64,000 bases of DNA, taken from NCBI GenBank assembly GCA_032260385.1, contig JAVVEL010000004.1, positions 9,111 to 73,110 of the forward strand. The letters are read 5' to 3'. The notes beneath the pieces are model-generated. The model was not told where the DNA came from and searched no databases. It saw only the letters and a list, made by a program, of their open reading frames with translations. The stretch's first letter is position 1, and every line of letters begins with the position of its first letter. Of this stretch, positions 20,677 to 30,062 are shown in pieces. Position numbers and translations under genes: made by a program. Origin of the DNA: Bacteroidales bacterium. GTDB lineage: Bacteria; Bacteroidota; Bacteroidia; Bacteroidales; VadinHA17.

Positions 20677-21264
20677 ATGAAGAACATAGCTATTTTTGCC
20701 TCGGGCTCCGGCACCAATGCTCAGAAGCTTATAGAATATTTTTCGACCGGTAAAACGGCAAAAGTTAAACTTATACTTTCGAATAAGGCTGATGCTTTTG
20801 TATTAGAAAGGGCTAGGAAGCTATCAGTAGCTGCCATGGTTTTCGACCGGGATGATTTTTATAAAAACGGGAAAGTCTTGAGAGCATTGATCGAAAACGA
20901 TATTTATTTCGTCGTCCTTGCAGGTTTTTTATGGCTCGTTCCTGACGATATACTCGATTACTACAGGGGCATGGTGGTTAATATTCACCCGGCGCTCCTC
21001 CCGGCCTATGGTGGCAAAGGCATGTATGGCAGCGCTGTTCACAGGGCCGTTATTGAAAATAAGGAGAGTGAGTCAGGGATAAGTATTCATTATGTTAATC
21101 CCAGGTATGATGAAGGTGATATTATTTTCCAGGCAAAATGCGAGGTAAGGCCTGACGACAGCCCTGAATCACTTGCTGAAAGGATACACAGGCTTGAACA
21201 TAGATATTACCCGAGGATTGTAGAAAAACTTATAATTGAAGCTCAGAATGAATCCAGTAAATGA
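20677..21264 (+). CDS. purN: phosphoribosylglycinamide formyltransferase
   Basis: IAIFASGSGTNAQKL, VVLAGFLWLVP, NIHPALLPAYGG and GISIHYV. Confidence 0.9.
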   Translation: MKNIAIFASGSGTNAQKLIEYFSTGKTAKVKLILSNKADAFVLERARKLSVAAMVFDRDDFYKNGKVLRALIENDIYFVVLAGFLWLVPDDILDYYRGMVVNIHPALLPAYGGKGMYGSAVHRAVIENKESESGISIHYVNPRYDEGDIIFQAKCEVRPDDSPESLAERIHRLEHRYYPRIVEKLIIEAQNESSK

Positions 21265-22475
21265 ACCATCACCGTGCTTATCTTTTCAAATTTTTCCCGG
21301 TTTGCTTCGGAGACAGGTTCTACAGGCGGGGCCTTAACCTTTAAGGGATCCACAGGCTGTCCGTTTTTGTAAAACCTGAAATCAAGGTGGGGACCTGTTG
21401 ATAGTCCGGTACTTCCAACATAACCGATTATATCTCCCTGTTTTACGTAGCTACCTACACTTACACCTTTGCCATAGCCGCTCAGATGCATGTAGGCTGT
21501 AGTATAAACGCTATTGTGCCTGATCTTCACAATCCGGCCTGAACCGCTCTGGATTTCCTTAATTATGACCCTGCCGTCCCCGATGGCCATAACCGGGGTA
21601 CCTATGGGTGCAGCATAATCAACACCGTGGTGAGGCCGGCGAATCCTTAGGATAGGATGCATCCTGCTGTTCGAGTAGCGACTGCTGATTCTTGAATATC
21701 TTAAAGGGGCTTTAAGAAAAGCCTTCCTCAGGCTGTTACCCTCAAGGTCGTAATAGCTCTGATTCCCATCCTGTATAAGTGGGATGGCATAAAACTGGTT
21801 TCCGGCATGTTCAAAAAAGGCGGAGTAAATACGGTGTATTCCGTTGGAAGCAGTGTCAATATATTCCTCTTCATAAATAATTTTAAACCTGTCGCCTTTC
21901 TGCAGGCCAAAAAAATCAATAGACCAGGCATATATCTCTGACAATTCCACTGCAAGTACCGGATGCAAACCTTTGTCGAGCAGTGCATTCCACAGGGATG
22001 TTTCTATTATTCCCGAGGCATATTTGAGTTCAAGCCTTGACGGACGTTCAATCTTCCTGATAAGAGGTTCTTTTTTGAAGTCAAATATGTAATGATTAAT
22101 GATGTCATGTTCATAGACCATGTAATCCAGGCTCCTGGCACTATCAGCTCTTATATAAAGTGTATACTTATTGCCTGCTATGATTTTCCTGATGTCAAAA
22201 ACATCACCGGAGTTATTCACCAGTTTTACAATATTATTATAGTCTATATTATAATTATCGAGTATTTCTCCAAGAAACTGATTGTATCTTACCCGTGCTG
22301 TTACCAGGTCATAAAGTGTTGTATCAATGCCATAGGCATCATACTTTTGTTCAGGTTTTTCCTCCACGGCTGCCGTTTCTTCAGCGGCGGGGCTAACATT
22401 ACCCGATGTTTCAGAGCAGGCATAAAAAATAACTGCAGAAAATAGGATTATTATGCTGAAGTACCATCTGCTCAT
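21243..22475 (-). CDS. M23 family metallopeptidase
   Basis: [22 protein letters not shown]...TAYMHLS...[14 protein letters not shown] chose the ATG at 22475 ([20 protein letters not shown]), which forms an ATGA overlap with the leuS stop. Confidence 0.85.
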   Translation of the reverse strand: MSRWYFSIIILFSAVIFYACSETSGNVSPAAEETAAVEEKPEQKYDAYGIDTTLYDLVTARVRYNQFLGEILDNYNIDYNNIVKLVNNSGDVFDIRKIIAGNKYTLYIRADSARSLDYMVYEHDIINHYIFDFKKEPLIRKIERPSRLELKYASGIIETSLWNALLDKGLHPVLAVELSEIYAWSIDFFGLQKGDRFKIIYEEEYIDTASNGIHRIYSAFFEHAGNQFYAIPLIQDGNQSYYDLEGNSLRKAFLKAPLRYSRISSRYSNSRMHPILRIRRPHHGVDYAAPIGTPVMAIGDGRVIIKEIQSGSGRIVKIRHNSVYTTAYMHLSGYGKGVSVGSYVKQGDIIGYVGSTGLSTGPHLDFRFYKNGQPVDPLKVKAPPVEPVSEANREKFEKISTVMVHLLDSF

Positions 22476-25132
22476 ATTACAACATTTATTATTCTTCCTT
22501 TGACAATAATTATCCTGCGGGGTTTCTTTCCTGCCAGCCACCTTGAAGCTCTTTCATCGCTCAATACGGTCTTTTCTATATCATTGTTTTCCATGTCAAG
22601 GGGCAGATCCAGTTTAAATCTGAGTTTACCGTTAAATGACACCGGGTATTCAAAGGTAGCCTCCACAAGGTATTCTTCATCCACCATTGGCCATTCCTCA
22701 TAGGCCAGGCTTTTCTTATTGCCATATGATTCCCAGAGTTCCTCGGCCAGGTGTGGTGCGAAGGGTTGCAGTATTTTTGCAAATGTTTTGGCAGTGTCCC
22801 TGTTAACATTACCCTGCTTAACAGCAAGGTTTGTGAATATCATAAGTGAAGAAATTGCCGTGTTGAACCTGAGGTTCTCAATATCATTCTCAACTTTTCT
22901 TATTGTTTTATGCAAGGCCTGCAATACCTCATTACTCTCTTTTTCATTGCTAATACATGATAAATCTCCGAATAGTCTCGACACTCTTGTCAGAAATCCG
23001 AATACTCCTTTTACTCCTTTTTCATCCCATGGCTTGCTTGCATCAAGAGGCCCCATGAACATTTCATATAATCTGAATGCATCGGCCCCGTAGCTCTGGA
23101 TAATATTATCGGGATTTACAACATTCTTCAATGATTTGGACATTTTAGCCACTATCTGTGTAAGCTCTTCGCCTGTGTTCAGGTGAAAATACCTTCCCTC
23201 TTTTTCTTCCACCAGGTCGGCAGGTACTTTCGCTCCCGTTTTAGTCTCATAGGCAAAAGCCAGTATCATTCCCTGGTTAAACAGTTTAAGGTAGGGTTCA
23301 TCGTGTGAGGTGTAGCCCAGGTCGAAAAGCACTTTATGCCAGAATCGGCTGTAAAGCAGGTGCAGAACGGCATGCTCAGCTCCTCCTACATAAAGGTCAA
23401 CGGGCATCCAGTACTTTTCTTTCTCCTTGCTGAAAATAGCTTCATTGTTATGCGGGTCAATAAAGCGCAGGTAATACCAGCACGATCCTGCCCACTGTGG
23501 CATTGTGTTTGTTTCTCTTCTTCCCTTCATCCCGTTTTTACCGGTAACCGTAAGCCAGTCCGTGGCATTTGCCAGTGGTGATTCGCCACTCTCGACGGGT
23601 TGATATTTTTCAAGTATGGGTAGTTCGAGAGGTAATTCCGATTCATCGAGCAGGCTTATAGTACCATCTTCCCAGTGTACTACAGGAAAAGGTTCACCCC
23701 AGTACCTCTGCCGGCTGAAAAGCCAGTCGCGCAACTTGTAATTAACCTCAGCTTTGCCCAGCTCACCTGACTCAAGCCATTCTATGGTTTTCTTAATCCC
23801 TTCTTCCTTTTTCAATCCGTTAATGTCAAGACCGGTTTTTTGATCGGATGAATTGATATAGGTGCCGTCTTCTGTCCAGCAGGACTTCCCGCTCAGTACT
23901 TTTTCCTTCAGTTCATGATCGTCCGTAGCAGGATTCATGATACATTCAATCGGTAATTCATATTTAAGGGCAAATTCAAAATCCCTCTCATCATGAGCAG
24001 GAACAGCCATAATTGCCCCCGTCCCGTAGCCGGTAAGAACATAATCTGCAATCCAGACAGGTATTTTCTTATTATTAACAGGATTTATTGCATATGAACC
24101 GGTAAACACTCCTGTTTTTTCCTTGGCAAGGTCAGTACGGTCAAGATCCGATTTGAGGGCAGCATCTTTAATATATTTTTTTACTTCTTCTTCTTTTTCA
24201 CCGGTAGTCAGCTTTGCTACCAGTTCATGTTCCGGTGCCAGAACCATATAAGTGGCTCCGAACAGGGTGTCGGGCCTCGTGGTAAAAACGGAAATTATAT
24301 CTCCGGTATTTTCAAGGTTGAATTTTACTTCTGCACCGGTTGATTTACCTATCCAGTTTCGTTGCTGATCTTTTATTCCTTCCGGCCAGTCAAGGTCATC
24401 CAGGCCACTGAGCAATCTTTCGGCATACAGGGGTATGCGCAGCAGCCATTGTTTGAGGTTCATTTTTTCCACCGTGTGCCCGCATTTTTCATGTGAACCG
24501 TCGGTCAGCACTTCTTCATTTGAGCATACTATCTTACAGCTTGAGCACCACCATACCTGTGCCTTATCGTAATAGGCCAGCCGCTTGCCGTCGATATAAG
24601 ACCGGATGGAATCATCGCCCCGGCTCCTGATATCAGCCGGGACTTCCAGCTCGCTTACAGGCCTGCCCTTCTGAAGCTTTTCATCATACCAGGTATTGTA
24701 CAGCTGAATAAAGATCCACTGAGTCCATTTAAAATACCCTGGATCAGTGGTGTTTATTTCCCTGTCCCAGTCATAACTGAGACCTATGTCCTTGATCTGC
24801 CTACGGAAAGTGTCACAATTCTTGTTCGTAATTACTGCCGGATGGGTTCCAGTCTCCATGGCAAACTGCTCAGCCGGCAGCCCGAAGGCATCCCAGCCCA
24901 TAGGATGAAGAACATTATATCCTTTCATTCTTTTATACCTGGCCATTATATCGGTTGCAGTATATCCTTCGGGGTGGCCAACATGAAGGCCTGAACCTGA
25001 AGGATAAGGAAAGAAGTCGAGGATATAATATTTTTTGGGATTCTGAAAATCTTCAAAAGTCTTAAAGGTTTTGTTCTCTTCCCAGTATTTTTGCCATTTC
25101 TTTTCTATTTCCCTGAATTTATATTCCATCAC
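22472..25132 (-). CDS. leuS: leucine--tRNA ligase
   Basis: It has a HIGH-type motif ([16 protein letters not shown]), a KMSKS motif ([11 protein letters not shown]) and a CP1 editing domain. Confidence 0.97.
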   Translation of the reverse strand: MMEYKFREIEKKWQKYWEENKTFKTFEDFQNPKKYYILDFFPYPSGSGLHVGHPEGYTATDIMARYKRMKGYNVLHPMGWDAFGLPAEQFAMETGTHPAVITNKNCDTFRRQIKDIGLSYDWDREINTTDPGYFKWTQWIFIQLYNTWYDEKLQKGRPVSELEVPADIRSRGDDSIRSYIDGKRLAYYDKAQVWWCSSCKIVCSNEEVLTDGSHEKCGHTVEKMNLKQWLLRIPLYAERLLSGLDDLDWPEGIKDQQRNWIGKSTGAEVKFNLENTGDIISVFTTRPDTLFGATYMVLAPEHELVAKLTTGEKEEEVKKYIKDAALKSDLDRTDLAKEKTGVFTGSYAINPVNNKKIPVWIADYVLTGYGTGAIMAVPAHDERDFEFALKYELPIECIMNPATDDHELKEKVLSGKSCWTEDGTYINSSDQKTGLDINGLKKEEGIKKTIEWLESGELGKAEVNYKLRDWLFSRQRYWGEPFPVVHWEDGTISLLDESELPLELPILEKYQPVESGESPLANATDWLTVTGKNGMKGRRETNTMPQWAGSCWYYLRFIDPHNNEAIFSKEKEKYWMPVDLYVGGAEHAVLHLLYSRFWHKVLFDLGYTSHDEPYLKLFNQGMILAFAYETKTGAKVPADLVEEKEGRYFHLNTGEELTQIVAKMSKSLKNVVNPDNIIQSYGADAFRLYEMFMGPLDASKPWDEKGVKGVFGFLTRVSRLFGDLSCISNEKESNEVLQALHKTIRKVENDIENLRFNTAISSLMIFTNLAVKQGNVNRDTAKTFAKILQPFAPHLAEELWESYGNKKSLAYEEWPMVDEEYLVEATFEYPVSFNGKLRFKLDLPLDMENNDIEKTVLSDERASRWLAGKKPRRIIIVKGRIINVVI

Positions 25133-25250
25133 GGCAATTTAATTACATTAAATATTACGGTTTGCGAAATTAGGAAAAACTTATCAATTATCATTATAGG
25201 CCCTGCGCTTTGAAATCTCGCAAGCAGGAGTTAATTTAGCAAACTGTTAT

Positions 25251-25324
25251 GGTTCCGTAGTTCAATTGGATAGAATGACAGATTCCGGTTCTGTTGGTTG
25301 GGGGTTCGAGTCCCCCCGGAATCA
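25251..25324 (+). tRNA. tRNA-Arg (anticodon CCG)
   Basis: Hand-folded cloverleaf. The acceptor is GGTTCCG/CGGAATC with one G-U pair. The anticodon arm is ACAGA-TTCCGGT-TCTGT. The T arm is GGGGG-TTCGAGT-CCCCC. The discriminator is A and no CCA is encoded. Confidence 0.9.
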
Positions 25325-25339
25325 CTAATAAGGCGAAGA

Positions 25340-26272
25340 ATGTATAAGTATTTATTTGGTCCCGTGCCGTCGAGGCGCCTGGGGATGTCGCTAGGCGTTG
25401 ACCTGGTGCCGCATAAAGTTTGTTCTCTGGACTGTGTGTACTGCGAGGTTGGAAAGACAAGTAAACTGACCACGAAGAGAATGGAGTATATACCTTTTAA
25501 AAAGGTCAGGGAAGAACTGATACATTTTTTTAAAAACAATCCTGATCCTGATTTTATTACTTTTTCAGGCTCAGGAGAGCCCACGCTGAATAAGAGACTG
25601 GGAGAGGTGCTGGCTTTTATAAAAGAATTAAAACCAGGGCTTCCCATTGCCGTTCTCACCAACGGCACCATGCTGTCTGATAAGAATGTAAGGGATGAGC
25701 TGAAAGGTGCGGATGTTGTATTGCCTTCTCTTGATGCTGCTACCGAAGAAGTATTCAAAAAAATTAACCGCCCCGGGCCCGGGCTTAAGATCGACGAATA
25801 CATCCGGGGACTTGTTGATTTCAGAAATGAGTACAGGGGTAAAATTTTTCTGGAGGTATTTATTTTGCCCGGGTATAACTATACTGATGATGAGCTGGAT
25901 GAACTCCGGAAGGCTATAATAAGAATAAAACCCGATTCGGTCCAGCTGAATACACTGGACCGGCCGGGGACTGTAAGTGGTCTTAAACCAGCCGCAAAAG
26001 AAGATCTGGAAAGGATAATTGAATACTGGGGCTTGCCCGGGGTTGAGATTATTGCTGCTGCAGCGAAGAGAAAGGAATCGAAATCGTACCGGGAAGATGC
26101 AGAGGATGCAATAATGGGAATGATATCTAGGCGTCCCTGCACTGTTGACGACCTGAGTGAAACACTTGGCATGCACATAAGTGAGATCAACAAGTATCTT
26201 GATGTGCTTTCAGCACATGGAAGGATAGTATCTGTGCGCCAGGAGAGGGGGATTTTTTACAAGCCTGCCTGA
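25340..26272 (+). CDS. radical SAM protein (COG0731-like) with a C-terminal winged-helix-like domain
   Basis: The N-terminus is FGPVPSRRLGMSLGVDLVPHKVCSLDCVYCE, with the CxxxCxxC cluster motif. A GSGEPTL SAM-binding motif is present. I chose the ATG at 25340 because the listed start at 25298 lies inside the tRNA. Confidence 0.8.
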   Translation: MYKYLFGPVPSRRLGMSLGVDLVPHKVCSLDCVYCEVGKTSKLTTKRMEYIPFKKVREELIHFFKNNPDPDFITFSGSGEPTLNKRLGEVLAFIKELKPGLPIAVLTNGTMLSDKNVRDELKGADVVLPSLDAATEEVFKKINRPGPGLKIDEYIRGLVDFRNEYRGKIFLEVFILPGYNYTDDELDELRKAIIRIKPDSVQLNTLDRPGTVSGLKPAAKEDLERIIEYWGLPGVEIIAAAAKRKESKSYREDAEDAIMGMISRRPCTVDDLSETLGMHISEINKYLDVLSAHGRIVSVRQERGIFYKPA

Positions 26273-26303
26273 ATATGTATATTTTCTAAGCCACGCGTAA
26301 GCC

Positions 26304-26644
26304 ATGAAAAGAATCCTGAGTCTGCTAATATTTCTCTGTCTTATAAAAATCCCTCAACGGATGAACTTGAATATGATTATTCAGTTCTGCGGGGCAAGCT
26401 GACCTACCAGATAAATAAGTACTTCTTCCTCAGGTTTATAAGTGAATACAACAGTTACAGGGAAGAATTCCTTAGCGATTTTCTTGCTTCTTTTAATTAT
26501 ATACCCGGCACAGTGGTTTATCTTGGTTACGGCTCATTATATGAAAAGCTAAGGTGGGAAGACGGCCGTTATATAAGGGATGACCGTTTCCTCGAAACAA
26601 CAAGGGGATTTTTCTTTAAATGCTCATACTTGCAGCGCTTTTAG
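26304..26644 (+). pseudogene. frameshifted small secreted / beta-rich protein gene
   Basis: The ATG at 26304 gives a signal-like MKRILSLLIFLCLIK and then a stop after 32 codons. The -1 frame is open from 26273 to 26641 without any start codon. That frame encodes a beta-strand-like sequence ending ...FFFKCSYLQRF with a terminal aromatic. Restoring one A in the A5 run at 26345-26349 fuses the two into a 112-codon ORF. Confidence 0.5.
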
Positions 26645-26646
26645 AA

Positions 26647-27210
26647 TTACTGCAGCATTCTTATATCAGCTATAATACTTGAAGCTGATTCTGTGTTCCG
26701 GAGAGGAGAGAGGGCAAGCATTTTTCTGACGGAGTTAAGATCAGCAATCAGAATATCACCCTTATCGTATAGTATGTTATAGAGTATAGCTGTTTTGAGT
26801 GAATTTCCCCTGCTGCGGACAGTCAGTTCTATATTTCTACCCGGGAAAATATGAAAATACCGTTGCTTATCGTCAAGATATTTAAGTACCCAGTGAGATG
26901 AATCGGAAAGTGTGAATTTACGGTAACCTTTTTTTGATTGTGCCACCCATTCCATGAAGGATTTTTTGCTTAACAGGTCTTCCTTTTTCCTGAACCTGTT
27001 AAGCTCACTGACAATGTCAACCGCTTGCAGTTCACCTGTGTAAATATCTGCCACTGAAGTGCCAATATGCCTGAGAGCAGGCATTATATTATTTCTGATA
27101 TCTTCCTCTGTGAGGCCTGAGCATTCAGCGATAAATGACATTATATATCCAAGGTGATGTTTAAGAGGATTTAAATTGAAGGGTTCCGGTAGCTTATTCC
27201 AGTATTGCAT
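26647..27210 (-). CDS. hypothetical cytoplasmic protein
   Basis: 187-aa ORF with no TM segment or signal peptide and no motif I recognise. It sits directly after the exbD terminator. Confidence 0.5.
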   Translation of the reverse strand: MQYWNKLPEPFNLNPLKHHLGYIMSFIAECSGLTEEDIRNNIMPALRHIGTSVADIYTGELQAVDIVSELNRFRKKEDLLSKKSFMEWVAQSKKGYRKFTLSDSSHWVLKYLDDKQRYFHIFPGRNIELTVRSRGNSLKTAILYNILYDKGDILIADLNSVRKMLALSPLRNTESASSIIADIRMLQ

Positions 27211-27219
27211 GGCTTAGGG

Positions 27220-27254
27220 ACAAAAAAGCCCTGACTTCTTACAGGCCAGGGCTT
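27220..27254 (-). terminator. intrinsic terminator after the exbB-exbD-exbD cluster
   Basis: AGCCCTG-(13 nt)-CAGGGCT is a 7-bp stem. On the minus strand it is followed by TTTTTTG. Confidence 0.75.
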
Positions 27255-27273
27255 TAAGATATTTGTTGACTGG

Positions 27274-27759
27274 TTAATACAGGTGAGATATCTGGTCAAC
27301 CGGCATATTTGCATACATGATTTTCAAGGCATTAGCCCTGCGCAAGGCTTGTTTAACTTCGGTAACTATTTGCATTCTCGTTTCCTTGTCTATTTTCAGG
27401 GACACCAGCATTTTAGCCTGGTCGGATTCATCAAGAGATTCTCTCTCCTGAACTATAAAATCCTGAATATCATCTATTTCCTTAAACGCATCATTAAGCT
27501 GGATTTTTGGCTCAGATCCAAAGGTAGCCTGAAGCTGCGGCAAAGGTTTTCCGATATAGATAAAGCTGGCCAGTGATTTTTTCTCAAGTTTTTTCCCCTG
27601 AGTAGCGTCGGGCAGGTTGACTGTTATTTTCAGTTCCACCTCCCTCATAACTGTAACTGTCATGAAGAAGAACAATAGCATAAACACTATGTCGGGCAAT
27701 GATGCGGTGTTTATTTTACCAGCACCGGCTTTCCCTGTATGTCTTTTGAATTTACTCAT
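27274..27759 (-). CDS. exbD: biopolymer transporter ExbD/TolR
   Basis: I chose the ATG at 27759 (MSKFKRHTGKAGAGKINTASLPDIVFMLLFFFM), 1 nt after the upstream exbD stop. It has a single N-terminal TM helix and an ExbD periplasmic domain. Confidence 0.85.
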   Translation of the reverse strand: MSKFKRHTGKAGAGKINTASLPDIVFMLLFFFMTVTVMREVELKITVNLPDATQGKKLEKKSLASFIYIGKPLPQLQATFGSEPKIQLNDAFKEIDDIQDFIVQERESLDESDQAKMLVSLKIDKETRMQIVTEVKQALRRANALKIMYANMPVDQISHLY

Positions 27760-27760
27760 C

Positions 27761-28345
27761 TTACTCTCCTCCGATCTTTTTAGGTTCTGCTTCTGAGATA
27801 GGTGCGTTATAATATTCATCCACCGCGGCCATCCTTTCCTCGCTGAGATCATCATAGGGGATGCCCCATGTCTGCATTGCCAGGTCATTTCTTACCTCAT
27901 CCCTTGCGGCAAGGAGCTCATTCTGAACTGCAATATAGACTCCGTATGTTGTGCCGTAGTCGTTCTGAAGGGAGATAACAGCCTGTTTGGCCACTCTCAC
28001 CATTCCAAAAGGGGGAATATTCTTATCCACCTTCTCGGGCAGATCTTCAGCATCGTTGGGATTCAGGATAAATTCCTTGGCAATGTTCTTAAGTTCACCG
28101 ATCTGGATTATTTCCCCTTCAACCAGGAGCATGTTATCCTTATTTACTTTTACAACGAGTATGTTTCGCTCATGTATTTGCTGATCGTCGCTTTGTTCTT
28201 GATCCGGATCCTGGATTGGCGGGAGTTTTCGCATCAGTCCCGTATCTGTTTCCATGGTTGTTGTAACAAGGAAAAAGATAAGCAGGAGGAATGCTATGTC
28301 CGCCAGTGAGCCACCAGGTATGTCCGGTACTTCCCGTCTTGCCAT
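27761..28345 (-). CDS. exbD: biopolymer transporter ExbD/TolR
   Basis: GGSLADIAFLLLIFFLVTTTM is the TM helix and an ExbD-like periplasmic domain follows. Confidence 0.85.
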   Translation of the reverse strand: MARREVPDIPGGSLADIAFLLLIFFLVTTTMETDTGLMRKLPPIQDPDQEQSDDQQIHERNILVVKVNKDNMLLVEGEIIQIGELKNIAKEFILNPNDAEDLPEKVDKNIPPFGMVRVAKQAVISLQNDYGTTYGVYIAVQNELLAARDEVRNDLAMQTWGIPYDDLSEERMAAVDEYYNAPISEAEPKKIGGE

Positions 28346-28387
28346 AATTTTATTTTTTTAATTCCCTCCGGGGGAGTTTATTAATCA

Positions 28388-28846
28388 CTACTTAAAAATT
28401 CTCGAAACCGATGACCATAATATGGCGAGAAAAGCAAGTCCAACAAGGATATAAGCAGTAATTAAACCTGTGCCAACAATTTTAAGGGTACCCGGTTCAT
28501 TACCTCCGCCAGTATAATGTGGCATTCTTAATACCGTGTCATCAGCCATTACATAAGCGGCTATAATAACCACAGCTGCAATAACAAGAGCTATAATACC
28601 TTTCTTTATTCCTTTCGGGTTAATAATAATATTTATTATTGAAAAGATTATTGTTAACCCGATAGCAACAGCAAAAAGTATATAAGCATATGTCAGGAAT
28701 GTGTTGGTAACAATCGGTTCTTCAAGCCTGGTCCCTGCGGTCCCGTCTTTTACGTTGCCAAAATAAAACATAATGGCAAATATGATTGTTACAGCCATGA
28801 GCAGCCAGAGAATTATCTGAATTATTCTGCTAGTTAAGTTTGACAT
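28388..28846 (-). CDS. hypothetical four-TM membrane protein within the ExbB/ExbD cluster
   Basis: 152 aa with four hydrophobic helices. It lies between exbB and exbD with gaps of 5 and 42 nt. Confidence 0.6.
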   Translation of the reverse strand: MSNLTSRIIQIILWLLMAVTIIFAIMFYFGNVKDGTAGTRLEEPIVTNTFLTYAYILFAVAIGLTIIFSIINIIINPKGIKKGIIALVIAAVVIIAAYVMADDTVLRMPHYTGGGNEPGTLKIVGTGLITAYILVGLAFLAILWSSVSRIFK

Positions 28847-28851
28847 AGTTT

Positions 28852-29661
28852 TTACTTTTTAAGATTATGCTTCACCAGTATGTCAATGAGTGATATTGAC
28901 GAATCCTCCATCTGGTTTGTCAGGCTATCTATTTTTGAAAGAATAGTATTATAGAATACCTGGAGGATAACAGCAACTATAAGACCCGATACGGTAGTAA
29001 TAAGTGCTATCTTAATACCTCCTGCAACAAGACCGGCAGAAACGTTACCTGCCTGCTCGATAGCGTCAAAGGCCGCGATCATACCAATTACAGTACCCAT
29101 GAAACCAAGCATAGGAGCAATTGCGATGAAAAGGGATATCCAGGAGAGGTTTTTCTCGAGAAGGCCCATCTGTACGCTTCCGTAGGATATGATAGATTTT
29201 TCTGCCATATCAATTCCTTCATCTGCCCTGTCGAGGCCCTGGTAGAAAATACTTGCAACCGGTCCGCGTGTATTACGGCAAACATCTTTTGCGGCCTCAA
29301 TACCTCCGCTTTCAAGGGCGTCTTCAATTTTCTTCAGTAACTTGTCTGTATTTGTTGTGGCAAGGTTAAGATAAATTATACGTTCTATGGCTATTGCCAG
29401 GCCAAAGATGAGTGTAAGCAAAACAGCACCCATAAAACCGGCACCACCTTCAACGAATTTGATCTTAATTTGTTTGAGGAGCTGACCACTTCCGGCTTCG
29501 GCAGCTTCAGTTCCTGTCTCCTCCTCCATAAGAGCTGGAGTCTCTTCCGCAACTTGCTCAACAGCAGTTGTGTCTTGAGTCTCATCCTGAGCAAAAGCAT
29601 TAAACGATGCTCCGATGAAAAGCATCCCAAACACAGCTACAAATGCAAATAGTTTTTTCAT
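28852..29661 (-). CDS. exbB: MotA/TolQ/ExbB proton-channel family protein
   Basis: It has a signal-like N-terminus, an acidic linker and a conserved C-terminal channel region (LSWISLFIAIAPMLGFMGTVIGMIAAF...GGIKIALITTVSGLIVAV). Confidence 0.9.
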   Translation of the reverse strand: MKKLFAFVAVFGMLFIGASFNAFAQDETQDTTAVEQVAEETPALMEEETGTEAAEAGSGQLLKQIKIKFVEGGAGFMGAVLLTLIFGLAIAIERIIYLNLATTNTDKLLKKIEDALESGGIEAAKDVCRNTRGPVASIFYQGLDRADEGIDMAEKSIISYGSVQMGLLEKNLSWISLFIAIAPMLGFMGTVIGMIAAFDAIEQAGNVSAGLVAGGIKIALITTVSGLIVAVILQVFYNTILSKIDSLTNQMEDSSISLIDILVKHNLKK

Positions 29662-29703
29662 GGTTTGTGTGTAATTTTAGTTATTAAAGTACATAATATT
29701 CCG

Positions 29704-29711
29704 CAAATTTA
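29704..29711 (-). promoter_or_regulatory. candidate -7 promoter box (TAnnTTTG) for exbB
   Basis: The minus strand reads TAAATTTG(CGG), 43 nt upstream of the ATG at 29661. Confidence 0.45.
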
Positions 29712-29855
29712 AAAAAATCTTTCTTTCACAGGGCCTTGATACACATTTAATATTTTTTATTACATAAAATCATTAAATATTCAGGGCTTATTTTATTTAT
29801 CAGTGCCCCTTACACGATAAGCGGGAGGCAATGTTGCGAATCCCTTTTCTCCAGT

Positions 29856-29875
29856 AGCTTACCGGTAAGCTTTTT
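29856..29875 (+). other. perfect 16-nt palindrome followed by a T-run (plus-oriented terminator-like hairpin)
   Basis: AGCTTACCGGTAAGCT is followed by TTTTT on the plus strand. It lies 21 nt beyond the 3' end of the minus-strand tRNA-Ser. On the minus strand no U-tract follows it. Confidence 0.4.
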
Positions 29876-29892
29876 CGAATATTAAAATAATG

Positions 29893-29980
29893 CGGAGAGA
29901 GAGGGATTCGAACCCTCGGTACCCTTTAGGGGTACACACGCTTTCCAGGCGTGCCAGTTAAGCCACTCCTGCATCTCTCC
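29893..29980 (-). tRNA. tRNA-Ser (anticodon GGA)
   Basis: The reverse complement folds by hand. The acceptor is GGAGAGA/TCTCTCC. The anticodon arm is CACGC-CTGGAAA-GCGTG. A long variable arm (GTACCCCTAAAGGGTAC) is present. The T arm is GAGGG-TTCGAAT-CCCTC. The discriminator is G. Confidence 0.9.
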
Positions 29981-30062
29981 TCATTGGGACCCCTTGGTAT
30001 CTAACAGCCTTTCAAAGAATTTCAGGCGGCCAAAATACGAAAAATTATTAAAAAAAAATATC

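Noticed and set aside
25298-25339. The listed start of the radical SAM ORF is at 25298.
   Set aside because: It lies inside the T-arm and acceptor stem of tRNA-Arg. The conserved protein N-terminus (YLFGPVPSRRLG) begins right after the ATG at 25340.
27760-27888. Several ORFs have N-terminal extensions: exbD (to 27888), EEP (to 46176), miaB (to 41638), M23 (to 22541), mraY (from 61824), fabF (to 20250) and the LptE-like gene (from 9084).
   Set aside because: In each case the extension overlaps the upstream gene or lacks signal or family features. An internal ATG gives the canonical family N-terminus or signal peptide, with a tight or overlapping junction to the upstream gene.
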